Positions 29,439 to 38,331 of a stretch of DNA of 64,000 bases are shown here, one piece after another; within the stretch, counting starts at the first letter, position 1; each line of letters starts with the position of its first letter. The translations under genes and the position numbers were made by a program. The notes beneath the pieces were generated by a model, which searched no databases, had not been told where the DNA came from, and was given only the letters and a program-made list of their open reading frames with translations. The DNA is taken from contig CAYUQB010000001.1 in the NCBI GenBank assembly GCA_964446735.1, positions 111,270 to 175,269 of the forward strand, read 5' to 3'. The stretch is from an uncultured Candidatus Saccharibacteria bacterium (GTDB lineage: Bacteria > Patescibacteriota > Minisyncoccia > Phycocordibacterales > Phycocordibacteraceae).

Positions 29439-29511
29439 TGGACCGTACAGGATTCGAACCTGCGACCCTCTCATTGCAAATGAGATGCTCTACCAACTGA
29501 GCTAACGGCCC
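29439..29511 (-). tRNA. tRNA-Ala(TGC)
   Basis: GGGCCGT/ACGGTCC with G3:U70; TCTCA-TTTGCAA-TGAGA; GTTCGAAT. Confidence 0.97.
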
Positions 29512-29521
29512 AAGGGTTATG

Positions 29522-29869
29522 TTATAGCACGTTTCCCTCGCCAAGCATATCTATTTTCGCCGCCATAATGAAGTCATTTTCCGAGAGGCCTTTGATGCTG
29601 TGAGTCGTTAATTTCACCTCCACTTTCCCCCACGAAAGCTTGATATCCGGGTGGTGCCATTCCTCCTCTGCTATCTTCCCCACCGCGTTTACAAACATAA
29701 GCGCACTTTTGAAGTCCGGAAAACGAAACACCCGATGAATGACGGTGGATTCGTCATTCAGGCTCCAGAGCGGTGCATGTTCATGGAAATCCTTTGCCTG
29801 CTCTGGGGTGAGTGCAGGGAAATCCGGACTCTCACACGGAACACACCTCTTCTTTGCAAGCTCGTCCAT
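29522..29869 (-). CDS. phhB: pterin-4-alpha-carbinolamine dehydratase
   Basis: AEEEWHHPDI, TTHSIKGLSENDFIMAAKID. Confidence 0.92.
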   Translation of the reverse strand: MDELAKKRCVPCESPDFPALTPEQAKDFHEHAPLWSLNDESTVIHRVFRFPDFKSALMFVNAVGKIAEEEWHHPDIKLSWGKVEVKLTTHSIKGLSENDFIMAAKIDMLGEGNVL

Positions 29870-29871
29870 AC

Positions 29872-30852
29872 CTAAATGCGCGCTGGCTCATGCCCGAGTG
29901 AAAGCTCAACCAGATGCGAGAGGAAATCTGGAAACTTTACTCCCACTGCAGCAAGAGACTTTGGTAAGAGCGACTCACTCGTAAGTCCCGGGAGTGTATT
30001 AGTCTCAAGGAAGTAGATACCACGCGGAGAAACAATGAAATCGCTGCGGGAATAGTGGCGAAGTCCTAGTGCTTCGTGCATGACTTTCGCCTGTCGCATC
30101 AGCTCACTACTCTCAGAACGACTGAACCGCCCCGGAACAATCTCGGTAGTCGTACCGTCGTACTTAGCCTGTCGATCAAAGAAGGATGCTGTGGGAGGCG
30201 AGACAATCTCAATGGGAGGGAGCGTGTAAAGCGATTCACCACGTATGTGCTCAACCACCCCAACCGTCGCTTCTTTGCCGCGGATCAACTCCTCAACCAG
30301 AACCCCTGAAGAGCCTGACAGAATAGCTTGTATCGCTTCCTGTACCGGCAGATACCCACCAACGATGGATACCCCAACCGAGGAACCAAGCGATACCGGC
30401 TTCACCACTACTGGCTGATGGAAGGTGCGAATAATATGGTGCACCGCAGCATCAACATCACTTCCCGGCTCTACCAAATGATACTTAGGAGTCATCAGTC
30501 CCGCGTGAAGTGCTCGTTCCTTGGTCAGCACCTTATGCATCGCAATGGACGACGTAAGTGAATCAGCGCCCGTGTACGGGACCCCGTATCGTTCAAGGAG
30601 GCGCTGTACCGTCCCATCTTCTCCATATTCACCATGAAGCCCGATAACAACCGTGTCGACGGTAGGGAGCACCCGTTCCGGAGCAGTCGGAACGCCACGC
30701 TCATGCCAGATGCCCTGGCGATCTATATAAATATCTCGAACCGTATACCGTTCCTCCGGAAGATGCGTGAGAATCGCATGCCCCGTCTGGAGCGATACAT
30801 CATGCTCGCTCGAAGGTCCACCCCGCAGGACTCCGACAACGGTGCCACGCAT
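29872..30852 (-). CDS. ddl: D-alanine--D-alanine ligase
   Basis: GGPSSEHDVSL, LHGEYGEDG, LGSSVG, LETNTLPGLT..SL. Confidence 0.94.
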   Translation of the reverse strand: MRGTVVGVLRGGPSSEHDVSLQTGHAILTHLPEERYTVRDIYIDRQGIWHERGVPTAPERVLPTVDTVVIGLHGEYGEDGTVQRLLERYGVPYTGADSLTSSIAMHKVLTKERALHAGLMTPKYHLVEPGSDVDAAVHHIIRTFHQPVVVKPVSLGSSVGVSIVGGYLPVQEAIQAILSGSSGVLVEELIRGKEATVGVVEHIRGESLYTLPPIEIVSPPTASFFDRQAKYDGTTTEIVPGRFSRSESSELMRQAKVMHEALGLRHYSRSDFIVSPRGIYFLETNTLPGLTSESLLPKSLAAVGVKFPDFLSHLVELSLGHEPARI

Positions 30853-30914
30853 GTAGGTGAGTATATCAGGAACTATCGCGGCCACTTCCAAGCGGAAGTG
30901 GCCGGCGAACAGAT

Positions 30915-31256
30915 TTAGGGTTGGGGAAGAAGCGCCCGAAGCTGGGACTCGCTCGTCTTGAGCTGCCCGAGCGTGACCCCGAGCCGAGCGAACCCGACCA
31001 GGAGCGACGTGAACGCTTGCTCACCCGCACGTCCGGAAAAGAGCTCCGGCTGCGAGGTGACGAGCGCAACGAACCGATCGCGCAGGCCTTCTGCCTGCAG
31101 CACGTTCGTGTCCGATTCTGGACATGTACAGTGCTCTGCTGGTTCGTATCCCGGCATCGGTGCTCCACACCGAGAGATCAGGCGTTCGATCACTCCGGAT
31201 CGTCCCCCTGCCGGAACCTGTACTTCCGGCAGACCCCAGAACAATTGGCTTTTCAT
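30915..31256 (-). CDS. hypothetical protein (orphan, SD-led)
   Basis: GAGGGGG upstream of ATG; fills the gap. Confidence 0.5.
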   Translation of the reverse strand: MKSQLFWGLPEVQVPAGGRSGVIERLISRCGAPMPGYEPAEHCTCPESDTNVLQAEGLRDRFVALVTSQPELFSGRAGEQAFTSLLVGFARLGVTLGQLKTSESQLRALLPQP

Positions 31257-31433
31257 ATCAAAACCCCCTCTACTACTCAACAACTATGAGCAAGCAAATC
31301 ACGCCCTGTGCCCTGACGCAAACGTACTTATGCACGTGGCTGTCAGGGACGATTTTGAAACCTTTTCCTGACAACGGACCTAATCTACCCTCACCGACTT
31401 TCTTAGCTAGCGCGGGGAACTTATGTGAGGGTT

Positions 31434-31910
31434 CTATTGCTTTGATGTAGGTTCCTCAGCAAGATAAATCTTCTTAATAGAATCGGCAGGAACAAAATAG
31501 GTTAGTCCGCTTGCACCAATTTGCCCACCATAAGTAAAGATGATGTACTCTGTAGCGTCTTCCTGGGCTGTCCTTTTATCGAATTCAGCTTTGGGGGTTG
31601 GATCTACTGCTGACTGTCCCAAGCCAGTTCCCATCGCTAGACGTACACGCCCTGTCTTTGTGTAAGCCTCTCCTGGTCCATATACCGGGTCTCCATAGGT
31701 ACCTGCGCCTTCCATGGGATTAACAACGGCTTCGATCTTTACAAGCGGATAGTCCTCAGGGAACTTTTTGTGCTCCCGCCCCTTTTCTTTCCAGGCCTCG
31801 GTGGCTGTTCGGAGCTCCTCCAAGCTAACTTCCTTCCAGGTCGGCTCTTTTTCAGCCTTATTGCTTTCACGTTTGCCGAAAAGATTATTGGGGAACTTGC
31901 CAAAAGCCAT
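31434..31910 (-). CDS. hypothetical protein
   Basis: 158-aa hydrophilic ORF. Confidence 0.7.
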   Translation of the reverse strand: MAFGKFPNNLFGKRESNKAEKEPTWKEVSLEELRTATEAWKEKGREHKKFPEDYPLVKIEAVVNPMEGAGTYGDPVYGPGEAYTKTGRVRLAMGTGLGQSAVDPTPKAEFDKRTAQEDATEYIIFTYGGQIGASGLTYFVPADSIKKIYLAEEPTSKQ

Positions 31911-31983
31911 AAATATCAGTCGTTAGTGCTATGCCAAAAGCATAGCATGCTGTGCAACTCGTCAAGTAGATGGAGTATAGACT

Positions 31984-33297
31984 TTAGTGTCCCCTGTCAT
32001 GAGTGATGATATGGACTGCCTTCGGAAGCTTCGAACGAGCCTTCCGGTGCAGAGCCAAGGAGAAGCGATGCGCCTCACTATTCGCGAGCACCGCGTCCGC
32101 ATCACACACGCCAGCGCGTTGTCCACCGAGTACCTCTCGTGGCCGATGGCGCTCATCTTTAACGACCGCAACCACTGGAATACCCACACCGAACTCACGC
32201 AGCACTTCTTCTGCCTTCTTCTTATGCGTCTTTCCCCCATCCACCACGAACGCCCGAGGCAGTGGCCACTCCGGATGTCCTAGTCTGCGTGAGAGAATCT
32301 CTTTCAATGACGCAATATCGTCATTGAGCGACTTTCCTCCCATGCCCCGAATACGGAAGGTGCGATAGTCGGACTTCACAGGGGAACCGTTTTCAATGAC
32401 GGTCATAACTCCAATCGCGTTGGTACCAGAAATATGTGCAGTGTCGTATGCCTCAATACGCGGTCCGGTATCTTCTTTTCGATGTTCATCTTTGATAAGG
32501 GACACATCTTGCACATGATCGAGCGCAAACAGCTGATTACGTATGGTTGCAGCGTCCTCAAACAGTTCAGCTTTCACTGCCGCCTTCATATCCTTGGTGA
32601 GTTGAGTGCGAAGCGCTTTAACGCGCCCTGAAAGAAAGAGTGAGACATTACGAATGCTCTTCATATACGCAGTGCGGTCCATGTCTCGTGGGTACTGCCC
32701 GATCTGACGATTGAACTCAACCTTCGCTTGTAAATGCTTATTCCCGCCATCCACACGCCTCCCTAACCCCTTCGTATCCGGAACTATGGGACGGGGTGTG
32801 TCGTAGAACGGGAAGATGCGACGAATCAGTCGGAGAGCCTCACGAAGTTGATATCCGGAAGGGAACGGGCCATGAATGGCTTTCAGTGCAAGTGTTCCTG
32901 ATCGACTCTTCTTGAAGTCGATATCTTTACCACGTATTGCAAGCACCCGTGGTATTTCTTCATCGGTAATAACGGCGTAGAGAAATGTCTTATCATCCTT
33001 ACCCATCGCGTTGGCTGGTGGGTTGTGCTCACGTATGAGGGCAGCCTCACGCACGAGCGCCTCGAGCACTGTGGGCGTAGTCTCGTGCAAAAGTCCGTCA
33101 GCAACCGTGACCATGTCGACCAGCCGGGGGCCACGTGTCGCAATGAGGTCATCGTCGAAATACGAGCGCACGCGATCACGAAGGGAAGTCGCCTTACCTA
33201 CATAGAGCACCTTCTTCGACTTCCCTGTACCTCTGGTGAACAAATAGACGCCGGGGCAGTCAGGAAGATCGTATTTCTTTACATCTTCGCGCTGCAT
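31984..33297 (-). CDS. uvrC: excinuclease ABC subunit C (short form)
   Basis: PGVYLF..LYVGKA.SLRDRVRSYF (GIY-YIG), UVR domain, RIEAYDTAHISG, VDGG, EAHRFS; no HhH tail. Confidence 0.9.
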   Translation of the reverse strand: MQREDVKKYDLPDCPGVYLFTRGTGKSKKVLYVGKATSLRDRVRSYFDDDLIATRGPRLVDMVTVADGLLHETTPTVLEALVREAALIREHNPPANAMGKDDKTFLYAVITDEEIPRVLAIRGKDIDFKKSRSGTLALKAIHGPFPSGYQLREALRLIRRIFPFYDTPRPIVPDTKGLGRRVDGGNKHLQAKVEFNRQIGQYPRDMDRTAYMKSIRNVSLFLSGRVKALRTQLTKDMKAAVKAELFEDAATIRNQLFALDHVQDVSLIKDEHRKEDTGPRIEAYDTAHISGTNAIGVMTVIENGSPVKSDYRTFRIRGMGGKSLNDDIASLKEILSRRLGHPEWPLPRAFVVDGGKTHKKKAEEVLREFGVGIPVVAVVKDERHRPREVLGGQRAGVCDADAVLANSEAHRFSLALHRKARSKLPKAVHIITHDRGH

Positions 33298-33301
33298 AGG
33301 C

Positions 33302-35956
33302 CTACGTCTTCTTTGCGCTGCGTTTCGCCTTCTTCAGCATCTTTGCAAGATACTGCCCGGTGTAGGAGCTCTCCACATCTGCAACTTCTTCTGGGGTGCC
33401 CTTTGCAATCACTTTCCCTCCACCCACTCCCCCTTCGGGACCAAAATCAATGAGCCAGTCTGCAGACTTAATCACGTCCAAATTATGCTCGATGACTACG
33501 ACGGTATTCCCGCGTCGTACCAGCTCCTGGAGGATATCGATGAGCTTGCGAACGTCCTCGTAGTGGAGTCCCACCGTAGGTTCATCGAGTAGGTAGAGCG
33601 TCTTCATCGTCGTAGGACGATAAAGCTCGGACGCAATCTTCACTCGTTGTGCTTCGCCACCTGAAAGGGTTGTGGCTGACTGACCGAGCGTCAGGTATTC
33701 AAGCCCTGTTGAGTTAAGGGTCTGCAGACGTTCAGCAATGGCGGGAATGTCCTTGAAGAATACTTCCGCTTCTTCAATGGTCATCTGGAGCACGTCATAG
33801 ATGTTCTTACCACGGTATCGGACCTCAAGCGTCTCTTTCATGAACCGCGTGCCGTTGCAGACATCACAGGTGACATACACCGTCGGAAGGAAGTGCATCT
33901 CGACAGCAATCGTTCCGTTACCCTGGCACGCCTCGCATCGCCCGCCTGCGACGTTGAACGAAAACCGCCCTGGCTTCCAGCCACGTGCACGTGCTTCGCT
34001 CGTTGCCGAGAACAGATCTCGAATATGCGTGAATGCTCCGGTATACGTAGCAGGATTAGAGCGTGGGGTACGTCCGATAGGAGACTGATCAATCAGTACT
34101 GTACGCCCGATATATTCGGTACCCGTCATACTTGCCACATGCTCGAGCTTCACTTCACGCTTGGCAAACCGAGCGGCAACATTACGATGCAGAATGTCGT
34201 AGAGGAACGTGGACTTGCCCGAGCCTGAAACACCCGTAATGCAGACCAGTTTCCCGAGCGGAATATCAACATTCTGATTCTTCAGGTTATGCAGTGTCGC
34301 GCCACGTACCTTGATCTCCCCTTTTTGTGCCGTGCGCCGCTCTTCAGGTACTTCAATCTCATCCTCTCCACGCAAATAGGAAAGGGTCTTTGAACCGCTG
34401 GTATTCTTCTCAGCCGTGAGGAGGTCATCAAGCCATCCTGATGCAATTACTTTTCCACCATGCGTCCCGGCTCCCGGACCAATATCAAGCAAATAGTCAG
34501 ACGCATAGATAGTGTCTTCATCGTGTTCCACCACGAGTATGGTGTTGCCGAGCTCCTTCAGTGATACCAGCGTCTCAATCAACCGGTCATTATCCCGTTG
34601 ATGGAGTCCAATCGTAGGTTCGTCGAGCACATAGAGTGCTCCTACCAGTCCCGTACCCAATTGAGAGGCGAGTCGGATGCGCTGTGCTTCGCCACCAGAA
34701 AGGGTAGCGGCAGAACGGTTGAGGGTCAGATAATCAAGGCCAACATTGAGCATGAATTCGAGACGGCTGGTGATCTCACGAATGATGGGATGTGCGATCT
34801 CGGCACGCATCTCGGAAAGCTCGAGATGATCCATGAAGTCCTTAGCTTCTCGGATAGAAAAGTTCGTGAAATCGACGACATTGATGCCAAGTCCGTTATT
34901 GATCTTCGGGTTCTTCTTACCCGAAAGGTACACGCGCAGCGCTTCAGGGCGGAGTCGCTTCCCTTCACAGACCGGACATACCTCATCAGAGAACAGTGAC
35001 TTGGTACCCAGACCATTACAGTCCGGACATGCTCCGTATGGACTATTAAACGAAAAAAGACGTGGTTCAACTTCAGGGAATGAGACACCATCCTCCGGGC
35101 AAATGAACTTAGCCGAAAGTGTTTCGATAGTTCCATCAGCGTGTCCGATCTTCACCAACCCATCCGCTTCCTTAAGCGCAAGCTCCAGCGCTTCCGAAAG
35201 ACGTTCACGTGCCGCGTCTGGTGTCCGAACGAATTCCGAAACGAAGATGGAGTCCACCTGTGCATCCACGTCATGACGCTTGTTGCGATCAAGCACCACT
35301 TTCTCTCGTAGACTATGCAGCTTGCCGTCGATGACGGCCTTCTCGTACCCTTTCCCCAAGAGGTCGTAGAGGAGCTGATAGTATTCGCCTTTTCGACCAA
35401 CCACCACCGGTGCGTAGATCGTGACGGTGCTGCGATCAAGCGACACGTCCATTACTTTCATGCTTGCTCCCCCGGTCTTCTCCTGAATACGCTTCTGGAT
35501 AAGGCCAATCATTTCTTCCTTGGACAGCTTGCTGATGGGCACATCATGGTTCGTGCAGTACGGCTGGCCGGCACGCGCATATAACACACGCAGGTAGTCA
35601 TATATTTCGGTTACCGTCGCGACCGTGGAGCGCGGATTATTGGATCGTGATTTCTGATCTATGGAAATAGCTGGTGAAAGCCCCGTAATCTCATCAACAT
35701 CTGGCTTCTGCATCTGGTTAAGGAACTGGCGCGCGTATGCCGACAACGACTCAACGTAGCGACGCTGGCCCTCGGCAAAAATTGTATCGAAGGCAAGTGA
35801 TGATTTCCCCGATCCAGAGAGTCCCGTGACCACCGTCATCGCTCCACGAGGGAACTCCACATGGATATTCTTCAGGTTATGGGTACGAGCACCCTTCACG
35901 CGGATCCAATCCTCGCCTTTCGCCTGTTCGTGTTTAGCTGATTTCTTGGTCGCCAT
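33302..35956 (-). CDS. uvrA: excinuclease ABC subunit A
   Basis: Two ABC modules (GLSGSGKS, GVSGSGKS, LSGGEAQR twice), Zn fingers. Confidence 0.98.
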   Translation of the reverse strand: MATKKSAKHEQAKGEDWIRVKGARTHNLKNIHVEFPRGAMTVVTGLSGSGKSSLAFDTIFAEGQRRYVESLSAYARQFLNQMQKPDVDEITGLSPAISIDQKSRSNNPRSTVATVTEIYDYLRVLYARAGQPYCTNHDVPISKLSKEEMIGLIQKRIQEKTGGASMKVMDVSLDRSTVTIYAPVVVGRKGEYYQLLYDLLGKGYEKAVIDGKLHSLREKVVLDRNKRHDVDAQVDSIFVSEFVRTPDAARERLSEALELALKEADGLVKIGHADGTIETLSAKFICPEDGVSFPEVEPRLFSFNSPYGACPDCNGLGTKSLFSDEVCPVCEGKRLRPEALRVYLSGKKNPKINNGLGINVVDFTNFSIREAKDFMDHLELSEMRAEIAHPIIREITSRLEFMLNVGLDYLTLNRSAATLSGGEAQRIRLASQLGTGLVGALYVLDEPTIGLHQRDNDRLIETLVSLKELGNTILVVEHDEDTIYASDYLLDIGPGAGTHGGKVIASGWLDDLLTAEKNTSGSKTLSYLRGEDEIEVPEERRTAQKGEIKVRGATLHNLKNQNVDIPLGKLVCITGVSGSGKSTFLYDILHRNVAARFAKREVKLEHVASMTGTEYIGRTVLIDQSPIGRTPRSNPATYTGAFTHIRDLFSATSEARARGWKPGRFSFNVAGGRCEACQGNGTIAVEMHFLPTVYVTCDVCNGTRFMKETLEVRYRGKNIYDVLQMTIEEAEVFFKDIPAIAERLQTLNSTGLEYLTLGQSATTLSGGEAQRVKIASELYRPTTMKTLYLLDEPTVGLHYEDVRKLIDILQELVRRGNTVVVIEHNLDVIKSADWLIDFGPEGGVGGGKVIAKGTPEEVADVESSYTGQYLAKMLKKAKRSAKKT

Positions 35957-36009
35957 AGATACGGTACGGGCCGATCCGTGGCGGGACCGGTACGTAGGGA
36001 GTATAGCAT

Positions 36010-36768
36010 TTAGCGCTTTTTTGTCCTTTGCGCCTCAGATACTTTCAGCTTGGCACCACGTATGCGTTTAATGAGTACCTGATAAAACTCATCGAATCCG
36101 ATGTTTGTATCGAGCGGCCCTCCCGCTTCTTGATAGATTGTCTCTGCTAACTGCTTTCCTTCAGCTGAGTCATATCGTTCAGCAAGAAGTTGTAGTTTTT
36201 CTTGTAGGCGAGCGAGGCCACGCGCCGTAAGGCGGCGTCGCAGACGTAAATCCGTTTGTTCAGGAGAAAATCCAGCCTCGGCAAAGTCGTGGTAGGTGGA
36301 GGTACCCTCTTCAAGGCGTGAGTTATGTCCTGAACTCGTTGGTTTCAGATCGCGCGTAAAATGGTCTGAATCGTCAGCAACGAGATACAAGAGTTCAAGA
36401 TCAGCGTCTGTCTCCTCTTCCGAAAGCCGTTCTTCGATACGGTCATGCGGCATGCGCTTTGAATAATACTCACCATCACGCTCCACGACGTCTGAGACAT
36501 TGATAATGCCTTTCAGGAGGCGTGCAACGATCTGCTGCAATCGTGGCAAACTTCCGTCGTCGAGCTTGTACCAGGTCTCACCGTCAGCCTCGAGTACCGG
36601 ATTGAGATAGTCGCCTTCACCACGAGAATGAACCGTGCCTACCGATTCCATTCGTCCGCGAGGAGCAAGTGCTGAGTAGTTCGTTGGATCGGCAGCCTCG
36701 TGGGCAGCACGTACTCGTTCAGCCTCTTCGGCTGACACCGGTTTTCGCTCTGGAGCACCTTCAGACAT
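36010..36768 (-). CDS. hypothetical protein, possible atypical kinase-like fold
   Basis: WYK, LVADDSDH...HN...YHDF resembling D.DRH..N...DF motifs. Confidence 0.6.
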   Translation of the reverse strand: MSEGAPERKPVSAEEAERVRAAHEAADPTNYSALAPRGRMESVGTVHSRGEGDYLNPVLEADGETWYKLDDGSLPRLQQIVARLLKGIINVSDVVERDGEYYSKRMPHDRIEERLSEEETDADLELLYLVADDSDHFTRDLKPTSSGHNSRLEEGTSTYHDFAEAGFSPEQTDLRLRRRLTARGLARLQEKLQLLAERYDSAEGKQLAETIYQEAGGPLDTNIGFDEFYQVLIKRIRGAKLKVSEAQRTKKR

Positions 36769-36774
36769 AGCAGG

Positions 36775-37188
36775 CTAGGCCGTAGGAGTAGTCTCGCCCT
36801 TCACAATTGCCTGTGCACCAAGCATCGTTTCAATCTTTTTAACGATATCCTCGATAGGCACTTCTGCCTTTACCAAATAGTCGTTTGCTCCCATGGAGAT
36901 CGCCTTTTCTTTATCACTCGTCTGCCCAAGATTGGACACGATGATCACCGGGACATTCTTAAGCTCGTCGGTACGTGAGCGGATCTGTTGGAGAACCGTA
37001 AGGCCATCAACCGTGGGAAGCATGATATCGAGCAGCACCAGCTTTGGCCTGTTCTGTTCAATCAGTGCAATAGCTTCATTGCCATCGCTGGCGTAGAGGG
37101 TTTGGTACTTCCCGGCAAGCGTGTGGCCAAGGAGATTCTTCAAAATGGGATCGTCTTCAACGACGAGGATAAACTGTGTTTCCGCCAT
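36775..37188 (-). CDS. single-domain response regulator
   Basis: ILVVEDD, LLDIMLP..DG, GANDYLVK. Confidence 0.93.
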   Translation of the reverse strand: MAETQFILVVEDDPILKNLLGHTLAGKYQTLYASDGNEAIALIEQNRPKLVLLDIMLPTVDGLTVLQQIRSRTDELKNVPVIIVSNLGQTSDKEKAISMGANDYLVKAEVPIEDIVKKIETMLGAQAIVKGETTPTA

Positions 37189-37214
37189 AGGGCTAGTTTA
37201 GCACCCCGCCATGA

Positions 37215-38312
37215 CTACCCCGCAAGCGCTAGGGATAGCGTAAACGTCGTTCCTGGGCCGTTTTCGTTGGCCTTGAAATTCAAATCCCCACCATGATCAG
37301 TCGCGATAGTGCGGGCGATATAGAGTCCCAACCCATTGCCGGCATTCTCTTTTTGAATCGCATTCTGGGCACGGTAGAAACGTTCGAAGATATTTGCGCG
37401 GTCTCCGGGCTTAATGCCGATGCCAGTGTCCCGGACATGAATGAATATACGACCCGCGCCACCTTCCATGAAGATCTTTACCGAGCCTCCGCCTGGTGTG
37501 TAGCGGATAGCATTCTCAATAAGGTTATTAAGCACCCATTTGATACGCTCCACATCCGCCTTGGCTTTACCAAGCGGTACGTCCGCTTTCTGGTAGATGA
37601 GAGACACATCGTGCGTCTTCGCAAAAGGTTCAAAGTCACGAACCACTTCCTCGAGCACACCGTCCATATCGACCGCATCGAACTTATATCGATACTTACC
37701 TGACTCAATAGAAGAAATGTCCAACAGCGTACCAATGATGGTCACAAGGTCGTGACTCTTCCCCACGGCGCTATCTACCAACGTCTGCTGGTCGGAATTC
37801 AGTCCGCTCTTTTGCAGTGCCTCAAGCGCCCACCGGATGCCGGTCATAGGAGTACGCAATTGATGTGCGGCAGTCGAAATGAAATCGGACTTCATCTGTG
37901 AGACCTCCATATCCCGCTTGTGCACCCGCTCAACGCTATCCGTGAACTCCATAAATACCTCGGCCATCCAGCGCACCTCATTGGTCGTACGCGAGAACGG
38001 CGGAAGTGGTACTTGATGGTTATGCTCCGCAAACTCATGAAGTGCCGACGCAATGTACTTCATAGGCTGGACGATCATGCGGTCGATAACCAGATACAAA
38101 AGCGAGAAGAGAAGCACTATAAGAACAAAGAGTCCAGCACCGGCAACCACGATGATAGAGATCGTGCTGAAAGTGAAATCGAGAACCGAGATAGTCTCGG
38201 GGAGCACCTCACTCAAGAGCATCCAAATGATGCGCAGGGTAAACGCGATGAACCCGAGAATTATCGCGAGTGAAGAGGTAAAGAGAAGAGAGAGCAGAAC
38301 ACGAATGCTCAT
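37215..38312 (-). CDS. HAMP-domain sensor histidine kinase
   Basis: Two TMs, AAHQLRTP (H box), NLIENAIRY, DTGIGI, GNGLGL. Confidence 0.94.
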   Translation of the reverse strand: MSIRVLLSLLFTSSLAIILGFIAFTLRIIWMLLSEVLPETISVLDFTFSTISIIVVAGAGLFVLIVLLFSLLYLVIDRMIVQPMKYIASALHEFAEHNHQVPLPPFSRTTNEVRWMAEVFMEFTDSVERVHKRDMEVSQMKSDFISTAAHQLRTPMTGIRWALEALQKSGLNSDQQTLVDSAVGKSHDLVTIIGTLLDISSIESGKYRYKFDAVDMDGVLEEVVRDFEPFAKTHDVSLIYQKADVPLGKAKADVERIKWVLNNLIENAIRYTPGGGSVKIFMEGGAGRIFIHVRDTGIGIKPGDRANIFERFYRAQNAIQKENAGNGLGLYIARTIATDHGGDLNFKANENGPGTTFTLSLALAG

Positions 38313-38331
38313 AGGAGCATTCTAGCAACCA

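Noticed and set aside
25083-29460. CRISPR array or classical integron attC sites
   Set aside because: The repeats are kb apart, no cas or intI gene is present, and there is no RYYYAAC...GTTRRRY hairpin architecture.
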